Assembly (NCBI RefSeq): GCF_006345805.1
Contig: NC_043004.1
Coordinates: 74,524,001 to 74,588,000 of the forward strand
Length of the DNA stretch: 64,000 nucleotides
From: Octopus sinensis
Lineage: Eukaryota
Reading direction: 5' to 3'
Part shown: piece after piece, positions 1-13,869 of the stretch
How positions within the stretch are numbered: position 1 is the first letter of the stretch
Layout: every line of letters begins with the position of its first letter
The notes under the pieces: model-generated
Database searches by the model: none
What the model was told of the DNA's origin: nothing
What the model saw: only the letters and a program-made list of their open reading frames with translations
Position numbers and translations under genes: made by a program

Positions 1-419
1 AAAATTATCATTATCTTCCTCACGGTTGGTCAATTGAGAACCGCCCGACCTCCACCACACCGTACAAGCAAAACATACACATCCACATCTAACCCTAAAC
101 CCATACATCCACACAGAGACTCACACACACATGTACACACACAATAAATTGGAGAGTGCATGTCAGTACAGGCAGCAGTGTCTAACACTAACACACAAAC
201 TCACACGCACATCCGCATATACGCATACATATTAATACACTTTCCTATACTGTGTCAGGGAACTTTCGCACACACATATATATATATTTTTAAATATATA
301 TCTGCTCACTCATACGTACAAATAAAAAATGTCTGACCTGTAAAAATGTCTGACCAGATTTTTGACTAAGAAGCCTGCAGTCGTTAATATTAAGTCAAGT
401 GTGACAGTAGTTTCAACAT

Positions 420-420
<1 letters not shown>

Positions 421-481
<61 letters not shown>

Positions 482-500
482 CACACATACACATACACAC
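421..500. repeat. (CA)n microsatellite
   Basis: Direct dinucleotide run; explains the poly-TH ORF 362-586. Confidence 0.95.
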
Positions 501-570
501 AACACGCTAACACAGATAAACACACAGGTGACTCAGATCAACAATTACTGCTATATCGTGTCCACCCAAA

Positions 571-798
571 GGTGGTGAGCTGGTAGAAACGTTAGCGCGC
601 CGGGCGAAATGCGTAGCCGTATTCCTCCGCCGCTAAGTACTGAGTTCAAATTCCGCCGAGGTCGACGTTGCCTTTCATCCTTTCGGGATCGATAAATTAA
701 GTACCAGTTACGCACTGGGGTCGATGTAATCGACTTAATCCGTTTGTCTGCCCTTGTTTGTCCCCTCTATGTTTAGCCCATTGTGGGTAATAAAGAAA
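571..798 (+). mobile_element. tRNA-derived SINE, family A
   Basis: A-box-like AGCTGGTAGAA and B-box GAGTTCAAATTCC; body closely matches the copy at 9863-10087 (GCCTTTCATCCTTTCGGG..GATAAATTAAGTACCAGTTACGCACTGGGG). Confidence 0.85.
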
Positions 799-804
799 CA
801 GATA

Positions 805-874
805 TGAGTGGGAATGAACACGAAACCATGTGGTTAGTAAACAAAATAATTACCACACAGCCACTCCTGCGCCT
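805..874 (-). mobile_element. SINE family B, 5' head fragment
   Basis: Reverse complement reads GGCGCAGGAGTGGCTGTGTGGTAA..., matching the heads of the copies at 20617 and 57716. Confidence 0.65.
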
Positions 875-884
875 ATATATAGTG

Positions 885-3550
885 CTTTGAAGGGTGCCTT
901 AGCAAAGTCAAGTCCTTCCTTCGGAGGTACAACTCCGGAAACATACTAGTGATGGGTGATTTTAACCTCCCTCGTGTGAACTGGCCCACAAATACTCTGA
1001 AGCTAGGCAAGTGCTCTACATCAGATAGAGCAGCAGCAGAACTGCTCTTTAATCTGATGGATGAATACTTCCTGACTCAGATAGTGCTCGAACCAACGAG
1101 ACAGAATAAAAAGATCTTGGATCTGGTATTGACCAATCACTCTAGCTTCGTTCACAGCATTTCAGTTGAAAAAACTCTCCTCTCAGACCACGACATGGTA
1201 CTCTGCAATTTTAATTACTGACATATAAAAACCAAACCAGCCAATCTCACTCCATGGCACTCATTTGACAACATAAACTTCCACAAAGCGGACTGGGGAG
1301 AAATCAGAAAGGATCTGTCTTCCATCGACTGGTCTTTTATTCTCAATTCCTCTCATATTGAGACCGCATGGCAGCACTTTGAAAACATTGTCACCTATAC
1401 ATGCTCTAAACACGCTCCCACGAAATCTACTAACACAAACAGAAACCGGCTCCCTAAAAAGAAAAAAAAAACACTCATCAGGCGCATCAAATGACTCTAC
1501 AAAAATATCAACCAATTAAAATATTCCCACACACAACATCCACATTCAACAACAATGAAAAGGCTAGAGCTGGAAAAACTTCATCTGCAGACCGACATGA
1601 AAACCTCCATTGAAAATCAAAGAGCTGTGGAGGAACAGTGGGTAATTAAAAACATCAAACAGAACCCAAAAGTGTTCTATTCTTACGCAAATAAGCATAG
1701 AACCACTGTCTCACCCATTGGGCCATTGATTGATGATAACGGCATTCCCCAACACGATGCTAAAGAAATGGCAGAAATACTGCAGAAACAATACTGCTCT
1801 GTCTTCAGTGTTTCCACTGATATTGACGTAAGAGAAGCGAACGAAGTTGACTCCCAACATAAAATCTCAGACATAAGCTTCACTGCCACTGACATCATAG
1901 CAGCAATAAATGAGGTCAAATACTACTCTGCTGTAGGCCCTGATAGATTCCCCGCTAGTCTCCTGAAGGAATGTAGACACCAACTTGCAGTCCCTCTGAC
2001 CAACCTCTGGAGAAATTCGTTAGACGCAGGTTATATACCAAAACAGTTTCTATCCTAGTCGGTCATCCCGGTTTTCAAACAGGGAAACAGATCCCTCGCA
2101 CTCAACTATCGCCCAATCTCACTCATCTTCCACATCATTAAAGTGTTTGAAAGAGTGTTAAGATCAAGGATAGCTGACTTCCTGGAGACCCACAAACTCC
2201 TAAATGCAAATCAGCATGGATTTCGCTGTGGCAGGGACTGTCTAACACAGCTCTTACACTACATTGAAGATATACTCAAAGCCTTGGGAACAGGTTCGAA
2301 CTCTGATGTCATATATCTTGACTTCAGTAAAGCGTTCGACAGGGTTGGCCATAATATCCTACTCTCAAAATTGGCAAATGTTGGAATCCGTGGAAAAGTT
2401 CTACACTGGATTAAGTATTTCCTGGCGAATAGAACACAACATGTTGTAGTTGATGGATTCCACTCAAGCCCAGCAAAAGTCACCAGCGGTGTCCCCCAGG
2501 GGACTGTCTTGGGCCCGCTACTCTATATAATTTACATAAACGACCTTTCCAGTGTCGTACATTACTGCAAAGTGAAATTATTTGCTGATGACACTAAGCT
2601 CCAACAAATCATCAATGAAGAAGCAGACCGAACTCAACTCTAGTCTGATCTATATACTTTGAGTCAATGGACAGACAGAAACAAAATGCAACTGAACGAG
2701 GGAAAATTTGAACTGATGCATTTTGGAAGAAATTCCTCACTAAAACAGCCATACTCTCTTCCTTCAGGGGAACCGCTCACAGCCTCTAACAATATCAGAG
2801 ACCTGGGTGTAATTGTTGATGACGATCTCAGTTGGAGTGCACACATCAACAATAAGGTCGATATAGCTCGTAGGATGAGTTCCTGGATCTTAAGAACTTT
2901 CCGGTCCAGAGAACAAGGTGACATCATACCACTTTTCTCCTCCTTTGTACGGCCACACCTCGAATACTGCTACCCACTGTGGTCTCCCCATACAAGACAA
3001 AACATCTTGAGGATTGAATCACCCCAGAGGGCACTCACTAAACGAATTGAAGGCATGGCTGCTCTCGATTATTGGGACCGCTTTAAAGCCTTGAAACTCT
3101 ACTCTCTCCAGCGTCGCCGTGAGCGGTAAATCATTTGTACGATGTGGAGAATATACCGCCAACTTTGCCCAAACGACCTGAACATTAGCTTCAAGGTTCA
3201 TCCAAGACTGGGACCACAGGCCATACGTCCCCTGCCCAATTCAAGAACACAGCATACATGTACACTGCAACATAATTTCTTTTCCTCAACAGGCCCTGCC
3301 CTATTTAACATTGCCCCGAAAGAGATGAAAGAGGAAAAGGATCCCATCAACTTTAAACGGAGTCTGGATAGATTCCTTCAAGGAAAACCAGATAAGCCAC
3401 CCATAATTGGATACAACTCACCCAACAAAAACTCACTACTTGAATGGACCATAAACAAAACTTGACTTATATAGGATTTAAATAATCCTATCAGGTGGTG
3501 CTATTAAGTTAGGCATAGCCTGGACCAATATTTGGTCGAAACATATCTAA

Positions 3551-3552
<2 letters not shown>
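885..3552 (+). mobile_element. CR1-clade LINE, 5'-truncated ORF2 (APE C-terminus + RT), inactivated by stops
   Basis: APE motifs GDFNLP, EPTR..ILDLVLTN, SDH; RT motifs QHGFR.GR.CLTQLL, IYLDFSKAFD, SGVPQGTVLGPLL..IYINDL, LFADDTKL, RDLGV, VRPHLEYC..LWSP, LYSLQRRRER; several in-frame stops. Confidence 0.9.
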
Positions 3553-3554
<2 letters not shown>

Positions 3555-3626
<72 letters not shown>

Positions 3627-3916
3627 AACACATATATGTACATACACATACACATACAGCCATACACACACATATAGATACATATACACACATAAACACA
3701 GATACATGCATATATACTTACATCACCACATATATATACACACACGTACACACATACACACACTCATACATATATATACTCACACGTGAACACAACTATA
3801 TATATATATATATATATCTGGTGACGTTGATGATCGCCTGGGGCTAAATGCATCAGTAACACCCCCACCGCCCTGCCCTGTCCCTAGCCACATTCAAATG
3901 GCTAATGTCCCTTTTG

Positions 3917-3960
<44 letters not shown>
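3555..3960. repeat. (TA)n / (CA)-mixed microsatellite block
   Basis: Direct; (TA)n runs at 3555-3610 and 3920-3958. Confidence 0.9.
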
Positions 3961-3962
<2 letters not shown>

Positions 3963-4057
3963 GCAATCAGTGTCAGTTGAGGATTGAAAAAGTTATTCTT
4001 AATTAAGTACAGTCATAATTATAACATATGAAACAAATCTAAAAACATACATTGGCT

Positions 4058-4444
<387 letters not shown>

Positions 4445-4499
4445 TGCTTCAACACATGAACTCATATAAAGAATCTTGCAAACCAAATCCAAAAACCAA

Positions 4500-4552
<53 letters not shown>

Positions 4553-4556
<4 letters not shown>

Positions 4557-4590
4557 TAGTTTTATTTTTATAGCGTGCTTTCACTTCACT
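4553..4590 (-). mobile_element. 38-nt 3'-terminal stub of Dong family B
   Basis: TCAGTAGTTTTATTTTTATAGCGTGCTTTCACTTCACT matches the 3' ends at 30277-30310 and, as reverse complement, 48010-48048; flanked by (TTA)n on both sides. Confidence 0.85.
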
Positions 4591-4619
4591 TATTATTATT
4601 ATTATTATCATTATTATAA

Positions 4620-4651
<32 letters not shown>

Positions 4652-5187
4652 GAGTGAGAGAGCAGTTCATGCCATCAAAGTGACACTGGGGTAAAATATA
4701 CGAAGCCCAATATACCCATCATGACTACCGTCTGATAAAGGTACACCAGGCACATGCATCACAACCATATGTGCGCGACATGGTGATCTCATATCAAGAT
4801 AAACAGCACATGACCTTGCAGGTGGGGCCCAGTTAGAATTTTCTTCAGGTTGAGTAGCCCATCCTGCTCAAAAGGTCCTTGAATAAGGGTTGCTTTAGGA
4901 TGTTGAACGAAACACCTATGTTTCCAGAGGTGAACCATTCAAACTCCAAAGAATCCCTCTCAACACATGGCCATGATGCTCCCCCACTACTTCTGCTCGT
5001 GATCAGAGATGCACGTATTGTCAGCCACTAAGGGACATGCTCAACTGGTTAAGGTCAAACAACTGACAAGCAAATCTGTGGTATTGAGCAGAATATTTGC
5101 TGTAGCCCATCTTTTATACCAAGACAAAACAATGTACATGATAACACTTCCAATCAGTTAAGATCAGAAGCCATGAGAGCCACTGCC
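4652..5187 (-). mobile_element. ~540-bp non-autonomous TAA-tailed element (family N), copy 1
   Basis: Closely matches 11945-12488, 13870-14205 and 36422-36880; fixed end ...CTCTCTCACTC(AAT)n on the minus strand. Confidence 0.85.
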
Positions 5188-5205
5188 TTATTATTATTAT
5201 TATTA

Positions 5206-5240
<35 letters not shown>

Positions 5241-5249
5241 TTTATTATA

Positions 5250-5284
<35 letters not shown>

Positions 5285-5974
5285 CATTATTATTAAAAAC
5301 AGCTCGTTTCCGCCCCATGCAACTTAATGCTTCATATGCTCGTCACGTTTATTAAAAAACATTTAACTTCTTGCAAACAATAACAGACATCATTGAGAAA
5401 CTGACAAATAAAAATTCTTTTATGAAAAAACTGGGATAAGAAGAAAAAGAAATATTGAAGATCGCTCGTGTACTTAAAAGAATTAACAAGTTCAAACAAG
5501 AAATACATTTGTATTCTTATAGACGGTGAGATGTTTATTCGTCAATAAATTTAAAGCTAATGAAAAGGTAATATTTACCATAAGTTCCGGCTACTGAATG
5601 CGAAACATAAACTAACATCTAGTTAATAGATAATCATTGCTGATTGGTTTGTTGTCAGTGTATTTTATTTCTTCTTAACATACCGTTATAATGATTTTAC
5701 ACGGTTAAATGAGTATTTCTGGTGAATGGTAATGTAGATGCCTTTTAATGATCAAATAGTAACAAAAACAAACCCACTTAGCAACACACACCATCTGAAG
5801 ATCAGTTTTTTTAATTCAATTCTGAAATAAGTAAATAAATAAATAAATAAAAACAGTTTATGTCAAACATAATAATTGGTTGAGGGTTTGTATTTTTTTT
5901 ATTGCTACAAACAGAAGAGAATGGAATCAGTAAAATGCTCATTTAAATATGTGGATATAGATTCTAGATCTTTT

Positions 5975-6366
5975 CACTCATTTTTTTACTTGTTTCAGTC
6001 ATTACTCAACGTTCATGCTGGGGCACAGTCTTGAACGAACCAACCCCAGTACTTTTTTAATCCTGATACTTCTTGCATCGGTCTCTTCTACCGAACCACT
6101 AGCATACGGGGTGGTAAACAACACAAAAACGCCGATTATCAAGCGGTGGTGGCGGACAAACACATACACAAGGACACACACACACAGATACATATATGAC
6201 GAACGTCTTTTAGCTTTCAAATCTACTAACAAACCTACTTACAAGATTTTGTTAACCTGAGATTATGGTAGAGGATATCTGCTCAATGTTCGGCGTAGTG
6301 GGATGGAACATCTCACCGTGAAGGTGTGAAGTAAACTTCTTACCACACAGCCCTGCCCTTGCCTGT
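5975..6366 (-). mobile_element. SINE family B, degenerate copy
   Basis: Collinear with 57322-57716 (TTTCAGTCA.., ATCGGTCTCTT..CCGAACC, internal CA repeat, CTTACCACACAGCC). Confidence 0.7.
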
Positions 6367-6429
6367 AGTATATATATACACATACACACACACACATATA
6401 TATACACACACAGACGCACACACACACAC

Positions 6430-6479
<50 letters not shown>

Positions 6480-6656
6480 TCAGCTCAGAGCTGCGGCCAT
6501 GCTGATGCACCGCCGTTTATATATATATATATAATTAAGAGAAATAACTTCTAAGTAATTCAATAATGAAAGACTATCTATATCATATAGAAAAAATTTA
6601 ATATACTATAATAAATATTATTCAACGAATCACTAAATTAAACATACATTAAATTG

Positions 6657-6754
6657 ACTACACGCGTTTCGTGACTGTATCTTTAAATCAATAATAATAA
6701 AATCGATACTATTAAAATTAATTCGGTCTAAAAATATAGTCACGCTTCAGTTCT
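6657..6754 (-). ncRNA. Degenerate hammerhead-like motif in an AT-rich PLE-like remnant
   Basis: Minus strand: CTGAAGC, stem II GTGACT/AGTCAC, GAAACGCGT palindrome; A9, H17 and stem I are defective. Confidence 0.35.
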
Positions 6755-8277
6755 AAAATAATAATAAAATAAATGTATGTTAACATATGATAAATAAATA
6801 TAGAAATATACGTATCTTAACTATAAATAATCGAATATAAGAATATTAATGAAAAATAAAGTCATAACTTATCTTATTGAAGAATTCCAGTTAACTGAAA
6901 TTTTAAACGTTATACTTAGAAACTAGCGTTGCTAATACATTCATCACGTGAAAACATGACGTAAATAATAACTACAGAATAAATAGATAGAAAAAATATT
7001 TTTGCTGTGAAAATAACAATATGTATGTTAGCTGTGAAAATAAGAAATAAACTAGAGGTAATATACCATTTACTGGAAAAATTCTAAAATCTCAATAATT
7101 TAAAACTAAAATACGTAAAATACATAAATTAAACTAAGTTTCAATATACTTAATCTATATTCATCAATTTCTTTATTTTATTTATAAACAACTTGGTTTA
7201 ATCTTTCAATTATGTAATATACACTACATAATCTACTGCTAATTTATACTCATTATACTACAACAAATTATAACTACAAAAGTTAATAACATAAATCAGG
7301 GTTTAAATATTTACACAAATTAGCTAACTTATTATATAAGTAATTTAACTTTTGTCTTCATATAATTTTTCGTTAATCATGGGAATTATCAATCTTTTTA
7401 TAATTAGATATTTCCTGCAAACCAACCATTTTTACAGAAAAGTAAATATTATATCGGCATAGTAAAAGTTACATATAATTGTTGTTATCACAACTATGCA
7501 CCACTTCCTTCTGGTATATAGAAACGAAAAATATGCAAACAGCGTTATCGTCTTACATTTGGAATTAGAAAATACCATGCTATTGATATCATTATCAAGG
7601 GGAAAGTGAAAAATCCTTAAGCGATATAGAAGAAATTGAAACAGACATAAAGATGTGTTATGAAAAGAACCCCATATGGGAGAATCTTAAAAATTGAAAT
7701 TTATCTAAATGCAAAGTAAAAATCATTAACAGATGTCGCCACTATGAAAAGTGCTTTCAACTGTATTGGTTGAAAACACTACCACCCGATTAAATAGAAC
7801 AGCGTTTATATTCTCTTTATCTCATAAGCACACAGCGTATAAGTATTTATATAAATAACAGTAGAGTTTCTTAGACTTTTATATGTTTTTATCTGTTTTG
7901 CATTTTAAATAACATTCCTGGACTCACAATCACCCACCGAGCGCCTTGTCATATTTCCGTTCCTAAGATTAATATTCTTGTATTTTGAATATTTGGTTTA
8001 TTTAGTTTTGATTATATATTTCAGTTTCATTCTCCTTCATCATGCATTTCTCCAACGACCAAAGAAAGTGATAACTTACTTCAAATATGATTTATGTACA
8101 ATGAACTGTGATTCTTACGCTTCTCTTTTACCCTAGTATTGTCATTGAAGAGATCCAAAACTTTATCAACACAAAAAGTTTCCATTTTACAAAACTGACT
8201 GTTATATCTGCGATGATACATTTCAAATTTATTCACAGAATATAAAAAATATACTATCACTATGTGTTCTGATTTCA

Positions 8278-8400
8278 AACTCCGCTGACGTCGACTTTGC
8301 CTTTCGTACACTCGAGATTGATAAATTAAGTACCAGTTGACCACTTGGGTCGATATGATCCACTATTCCCGAAACCCCAAATTTCAGGTCTTGTGCCTAT
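8278..8400 (+). mobile_element. SINE family A, partial
   Basis: CAAACTCCGCTGACGTCGACTTTGCCTTTC...GATAAATTAAGTACCAGTTGA matches family A. Confidence 0.7.
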
Positions 8401-9862
8401 GCGTAAAAAGGAATATTACTTATCAATGAGAAAAGCCTAACCTCTAGGCAATTGCTCATGTTTTTAGGAATTACAATCAAATATTTTATGTATCACACTA
8501 TATCATTTTAGAAGAACATATTTGCATAGTGAACACTGTCCGAAAACAAAAACGAGATGATAATGATTGCAATAATGTATTCAATGAAAATTGCTACTCA
8601 ATCAAGAGTCAATCAAACTTGTGGTTAAACAACAACATTAGGCTGTCAAAGTTCAAAGCTCTGTGTGTACTATTATGATTAGATACACCCCTCTGAATAT
8701 GCTGACTGTACCCCATTCTCATCTCTCATTTCCCTGTTATTTCAAAATCATAAAAAATTTAAATCGGCAATTTCTTTTTCTTCTCAATCTTTTCTTTTAA
8801 ATAGTAACATATTTAAAGTTTGCCGGATACGTCGAAATAATTCAAGCAAATCTTGATATGTTAATACCTTTATTGATTGAAAGTATATCTAGCAATCAAA
8901 AAAATGTGACCGTGGCCGTATTTGAACGCAAAAGTCAGGATTAAAGTAGTCCACTGTTTAAAATGGGAGAATGTAACGTTCATGCCTATTATGAACATAC
9001 AAATATACAAACATAGTTATGCCTTCATTTCATCAAAAACTTAACATCTTACTTGTTATCACTGACCACGCCTCTTTCGACATTAAGAATAAATTATCCA
9101 GTACAATATTCTTAAAAAATTAACCAACCGAAAAATGTCAATATTATTGTGAAGTTAAAATGTAATACCTTTGCTCAGCAACCGTTTAATTGCGTGTGGG
9201 TGGTTTCCATTGGTTTATTTGTGATGATCGGTGAAGAGAAGTGGACGTTGATTAGAAAACTAAGGAAGCTGATGGTAAAACTCATATTTTACTTATACTG
9301 TTAACAGCCAAGCATTTTGTCGAGACAGAATAAACAATATAAGACCTGGAATTTATGAACGTGTTGCAGATAACTAAAATATTCTGATGACAACTTCTAG
9401 AGTTATAGGAAAAGTAAGTTCGGGTTGTTCGCCTTATCTTTATAAGATTGGGAAAAGAACCTGAACGCATTGTTTTCTAAGCATATCATTTTGTTTTTTC
9501 GAAGGAAAGGTAAAATAAATCAGCTGGTTTCATCAATCTGTTGAATTCTCCATAATTTATACTTAAGTTGTGAGAACCAGGTTAAAAGAAATAAAAAAAT
9601 ATCATCCCGTGTATCGAAACTGGAAAAAAAGAAACATTAAAAGGCAGAAGATATTGTTTCCAGTGAGACACCTCTGTTTGGGCGAATTTCAAACAAAAGT
9701 GAAGTTTACTTAGCAACTCCGAAACAGTTATGAATCTTAAAGGTAAGAGAATTAACGTTATTAGGAATCGAAAGAAATATAATTACTACAACTGTTTCTT
9801 TAATTCTATGTTAGAAAATACTGTCGCTGATTTGTGCTTTAATTATATTTGATTTGTCATAA

Positions 9863-10087
9863 GGCGGCGAGCTGGCAGAAACGTTAGCACGCCGGGCGAA
9901 ATGCTTAGCGGTATTTCGTCTGCGTTACGTTGTGAGTTCAAATTCCGCCGAGGTCGACTTTGCCTTTCATCCTTTCGGGGTCGATAAATTAAGTACCAGT
10001 TACGCACTGGGGTCTATGTAATCGACCTAATCCGTTTGTCTGTCCTTGTTTGTCTCCTCTGTGTTTAGCCCCTTGTGGGTAGTAAAG
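9863..10087 (+). mobile_element. tRNA-derived SINE, family A
   Basis: GGCGGCGAGCTGGCAGAAACGTTAGCACGCCGGGCG...GAGTTCAAATTCCGCCGAGGTCGAC; matches 571-798. Confidence 0.85.
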
Positions 10088-10664
10088 ATATATATATCTG
10101 ATTTGTCATTACCATTTCTTATTTTCAAAGAGAGTGGAAGGATGGACGGTTGACTTTTAAAATATCTTTATTATTCAGTTGTGTACCTTTACGTTCTGGT
10201 TTCTAATCTCACCGACTTTTCTGTTCCTTTATATGTCTCCTATGTGGCTTGCATCTATGCTAGAAATCCTTTTTAATAACAGATTCATGCTTTTATGATT
10301 ATATTTAGAGTATATTTAGAAAATACATGATGTATCTTCAAGCAATCTTCCAGGTTCTGTTTATGTGTTAGATATTGGACTATTAGAAAATAAGAAGAAA
10401 GGAGAATAAAAACGTAACGAGTTTTTGGTGCGAAGAATAGATCGAAAAGTAAGAAACTAAAGTCAGACAACCAAGATGCCCTTCCTCTGAGACTGAAGAA
10501 ACGAGAAATAGTGCAGCTGCTATGGAAGTACGCAAAGGAAAACATGTCAAAAATCCTGCATGACAGCAACTGAATCCTAAGCGGGTGGTGTTTTCCAATT
10601 CGGGAAAAGAAAACTGACCACGTGATTGTACCAACTAAAAAAATTCAAACCTGGAATTAAGTAG

Positions 10665-11540
10665 TGGTAAGCCAGGGATCATTCTCATATAATGTTCGGT
10701 TCCCTTCTTGATCATTCCTAGTGCTCCTACAATCACTGGTACTGTAGTCGCCTTGAAATGCCACATTTTTTCAATTTCTATTAGCAGGTCTTTATATTTA
10801 CTAATCTTGTCAAATTCTTTCGCCGCTATATTGTGATCACAGGGAATACTCATGTCAATTAATAAACACGTCCTTTTTGTCTGATCTTTTATAATAATAT
10901 CCGGTTTATTAGCTTTTATAGTCCTGTCGGTCTGCACGGGAAAGTCCCATAGAATCGACACATTTTCTCCCTCAGTCACAGCTTCAGGATGATGTTTATA
11001 CCATTTGTCAGCGGTTTTGATTTTATAATGCCGACATATTGTCCAATGTAAATACTGGCCGACTCTGTCATGTCTTGCTTTATATTCTGCAGGTGCTAAG
11101 ACTCTCCACCCTGAGATTAGGTGGTCTATTGTTTCAATCTCACCGTTACAGAATCGGCATTTTGGGTCAGCTCCATTTTTTATCACATTGGCTTGGTAGT
11201 TCCGGGTAAATAAGCTTTGGTCTTGAGCAGCTAATATGAAACCTTCACTCTCTGCTTTTAGCCCTGAGCTTTGTAACCATTGGTGTGTGTGTTTCTGGTC
11301 GACATCAGCTTGTTTGCTACGGGCCACATACTTGCCAGGGAGAGGTTTCTGTTCCCATCTGCTAGCTAAATTTTCATGTGCTTTTGTCTTTGCAATTAAT
11401 TTTATTTTCTTTGCCACTGCAGTTGGCGCATTTCCTTCAGCCTGCTCAATCTGGTGGGTATCTAAGAGATCAGCTGCGAATTGTTTGCTCTCTTTGAGAA
11501 TAGAGTGAAGTTTTTTAGGTCTTTCATGTTTTTCAACAAG
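10665..11540 (-). mobile_element. Dong/R4-clade fragment (family A variant): CCHC finger + RLE endonuclease
   Basis: ORF 10635-11417: WEQKPLPGKY, GLKAESEGFILAAQDQ, CRFC..ETIDHL, RHDRVG, WDFPVQTDR..ANKPDI, KY.DL; (TTA)n at the 5' junction; the normal 3' end is missing. Confidence 0.9.
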
Positions 11541-11564
11541 TTATTACTATTATTATTATTGTTG

Positions 11565-11712
11565 TTGTTGTTTACATTATTTACACTTGACGGATATTTA
11601 TCCTCATCTTTTTTGTTAACAAAGTTTCGGCTGATGTACTCTCCAGCCTTTATCAGGTGTTCTAGGGCAATTTCGAACTTGTGCTCTCATTCCTAAGGTA
11701 TTTTTCTGATAT
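11565..11712 (-). mobile_element. Short repeat carrying a hammerhead motif (family H tail), copy 1
   Basis: Reverse complement AAATACCTTAGGAATGAGAGCACAAGTTCGAAATT...CACCTGATAAAGGCTGGAGAGTACATCAGCCGAAACTTTGTTAAC matches 48142-48310; core has G8A (CTGATAA). Confidence 0.75.
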
Positions 11713-11766
11713 TGTTGTTGTTTTTGTTATTATAATTATAATAATTATTATTATTATTATTATCAA

Positions 11767-11940
11767 GGCGGTGAGCTGGAAGAATCGTTAGCACGCCTTT
11801 CACTATGTTCTGCGTCAAATTCCGCCTAGGTCGACTTTCCCATTAATACTTCGAGGTTGATAAATTAAGTATCAGTGCAATACTGGGGTCGATGTTATCG
11901 ACTTAATCCCCACCAAGCTACTCTTGTGGCAGAAATTATT
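11767..11940 (+). mobile_element. SINE family A, degenerate
   Basis: GGCGGTGAGCTGGAAGAATCGTTAGCACGCC...CAAATTCCGCCTAGGTCGAC...GATAAATTAAGTATCAG. Confidence 0.75.
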
Positions 11941-11944
11941 ATTG

Positions 11945-12487
11945 GGTGAGAGAGCAGTACATGCCATCAAAGTGACACTGGGGTAAAATATACGAAGCCC
12001 AGTATACCCATCATGACTACACGTCTGATAAGGGTACACCAGGCACATGCATCACAACCATATGTGCGCGACATGGTGATCTCATAACAAGATAAACAGT
12101 GCATGACCTCGCAGGTGGGGCCCAGTTAGAATTTTCTTCTGGTCGAGTAACCCATCTTGTTCAAAAGGTCTCTGAATAAGGATTGTTTAAGGATGTTGAA
12201 CGAAACACCCATGTTTCCAAAGGTGAATTATCCAAACCTCTAAGAATTCCTTTCAACACACGACTATGATGCTCCCCCACTACTTCTGCTGGTAATCAGA
12301 GATGCACACTAAGTGACATGCTCAACTGGTTAAGGACGATCAACTGACAAGCAAATCTGTGGTATTGAGTAGAATATTTGCTATAGTCCATCTTTTATAC
12401 CAAGACAAAACAATGTACATGATAACACTTCTAATCAGTTAAGATCAGAAGCCATGAGAGCCACTGTCTGGTACTGCATCAGGACAT

Positions 12488-12488
<1 letters not shown>
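11945..12488 (-). mobile_element. Family N non-autonomous element, copy 2 (longest)
   Basis: Matches 4652-5187 and extends further to ...GGTACTGCATCAGGACAT. Confidence 0.85.
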
Positions 12489-12660
<172 letters not shown>

Positions 12661-13590
12661 GTCTTTTTTCAATTTTGCTTCCATATCTTGCCGGGTGTCT
12701 TCCCGACACCTAGGGCAAAGAAACTCACTGTTTACTTTGGTATAGCATTAAAATAAGCGGTGTTCCTATCTAAGGTTTTCGATTCATTGAGTTTCCAGCG
12801 TTTTGCGTTGAAGCTGTAATTTATGACTGGAATGGTTAGTGTGTTTATCCCTATTATCTTATCTTTAGCAATGCGTTCATTGTTTAATATTAGTCTAACC
12901 CTTCTACAGTATTTTCTCATAATTTTCTCTTTCATTACTGAGTGTTGTGTTTTAGCTGTTTCGTCTATTCCTATATATGTATACAGTCATTTCAATGTGT
13001 GCAGTCCTTTCGAGTGCAATCCTTTCAATGCTGATTAATTTGTCTCTTCTCAGTGTCACTTGGACCCTTTTGTCCACCCCATGCGCATCTCGATATCCTT
13101 ACTGAAACTATGGGCAATTTTTAGTAGGGGATTCTGTTTTCAAGGTTTTTAGGAAAAAGTTTTAAATTATCTATGTGTAGCAGATGTTTTATTGTTTGAC
13201 CATCGCATCTATAACACATGGTAGTTTCATTTTAACAAGTTTGATAGCGGGGTCAGAGCCAAGCAGAAAACGAGGAATGACAGCGGTCTGCTTTGAACCA
13301 TCCATCTTCCAGTGGATATAGAGTAGGTTTTAATGGCTTGTGATTAATTTTCAGGGTTATACTGGTTTTCCAGTTTACCATTGTATGTATGATATATTTT
13401 AGTAGTATGGAGTAGCTACTTTATTTGTGTGGAAAAATTCCAGGATCAATGAGTGTAGAACACTGTTGAATACCTTTCGGTAATCGATCCAAGACATGTT
13501 CATGTTTGTTTTTCTCCTCTTACAGTCCACTATAATGGTTCAGTGTACTAAGCGTTGCTGCCTGTATTGCTTAAATTGTTGTAGAGGCAT
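12661..13590 (-). mobile_element. Degenerate, internally deleted Dong element
   Basis: 3' UTR (TCTTCCCGACACCTAGGGCAAAGAAACTC, cf. 19500-19530) joined at ~12730 directly to RT-downstream coding sequence (MKEKI.RKY.RRVR.IL..., GINTL.IPV.NYSFN); decayed RT motifs further right. Confidence 0.7.
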
Positions 13591-13831
13591 ATCACATTTA
13601 CATTTTTCGCACGTGCGTTGCTGTAACTACGTGCCTGGCAGCAACTATGAGAGAGGTATTTCGAGGTCGTGAAATGACTACTATTAAGAAACAATTTTCT
13701 TTCATTTCTTGTCGTTTCTTACATTCTAAGTGGCGAGGATAACAGGGAGCTCGCTCGTGCACATCCATAATTTTTAATATTCGCTGCGGCGCATGCTTAA
13801 TTCGCATATTCATTCGCTGTGGAGTATGTTG

Positions 13832-13869
<38 letters not shown>

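Noticed and set aside
3490-3552. GACC/GGTC hairpin followed by GAAAC at the CR1 3' end
   Set aside because: There is no CUGANGA-type core or NUH site in register; treated as an ordinary LINE 3' stem-loop.
9370-9413. Candidate upstream non-coding exon (TTGCAG|...AAAA|GTAAGT)
   Set aside because: Splice-like motifs alone are too common here; it cannot be linked to the 23687 acceptor without transcripts.
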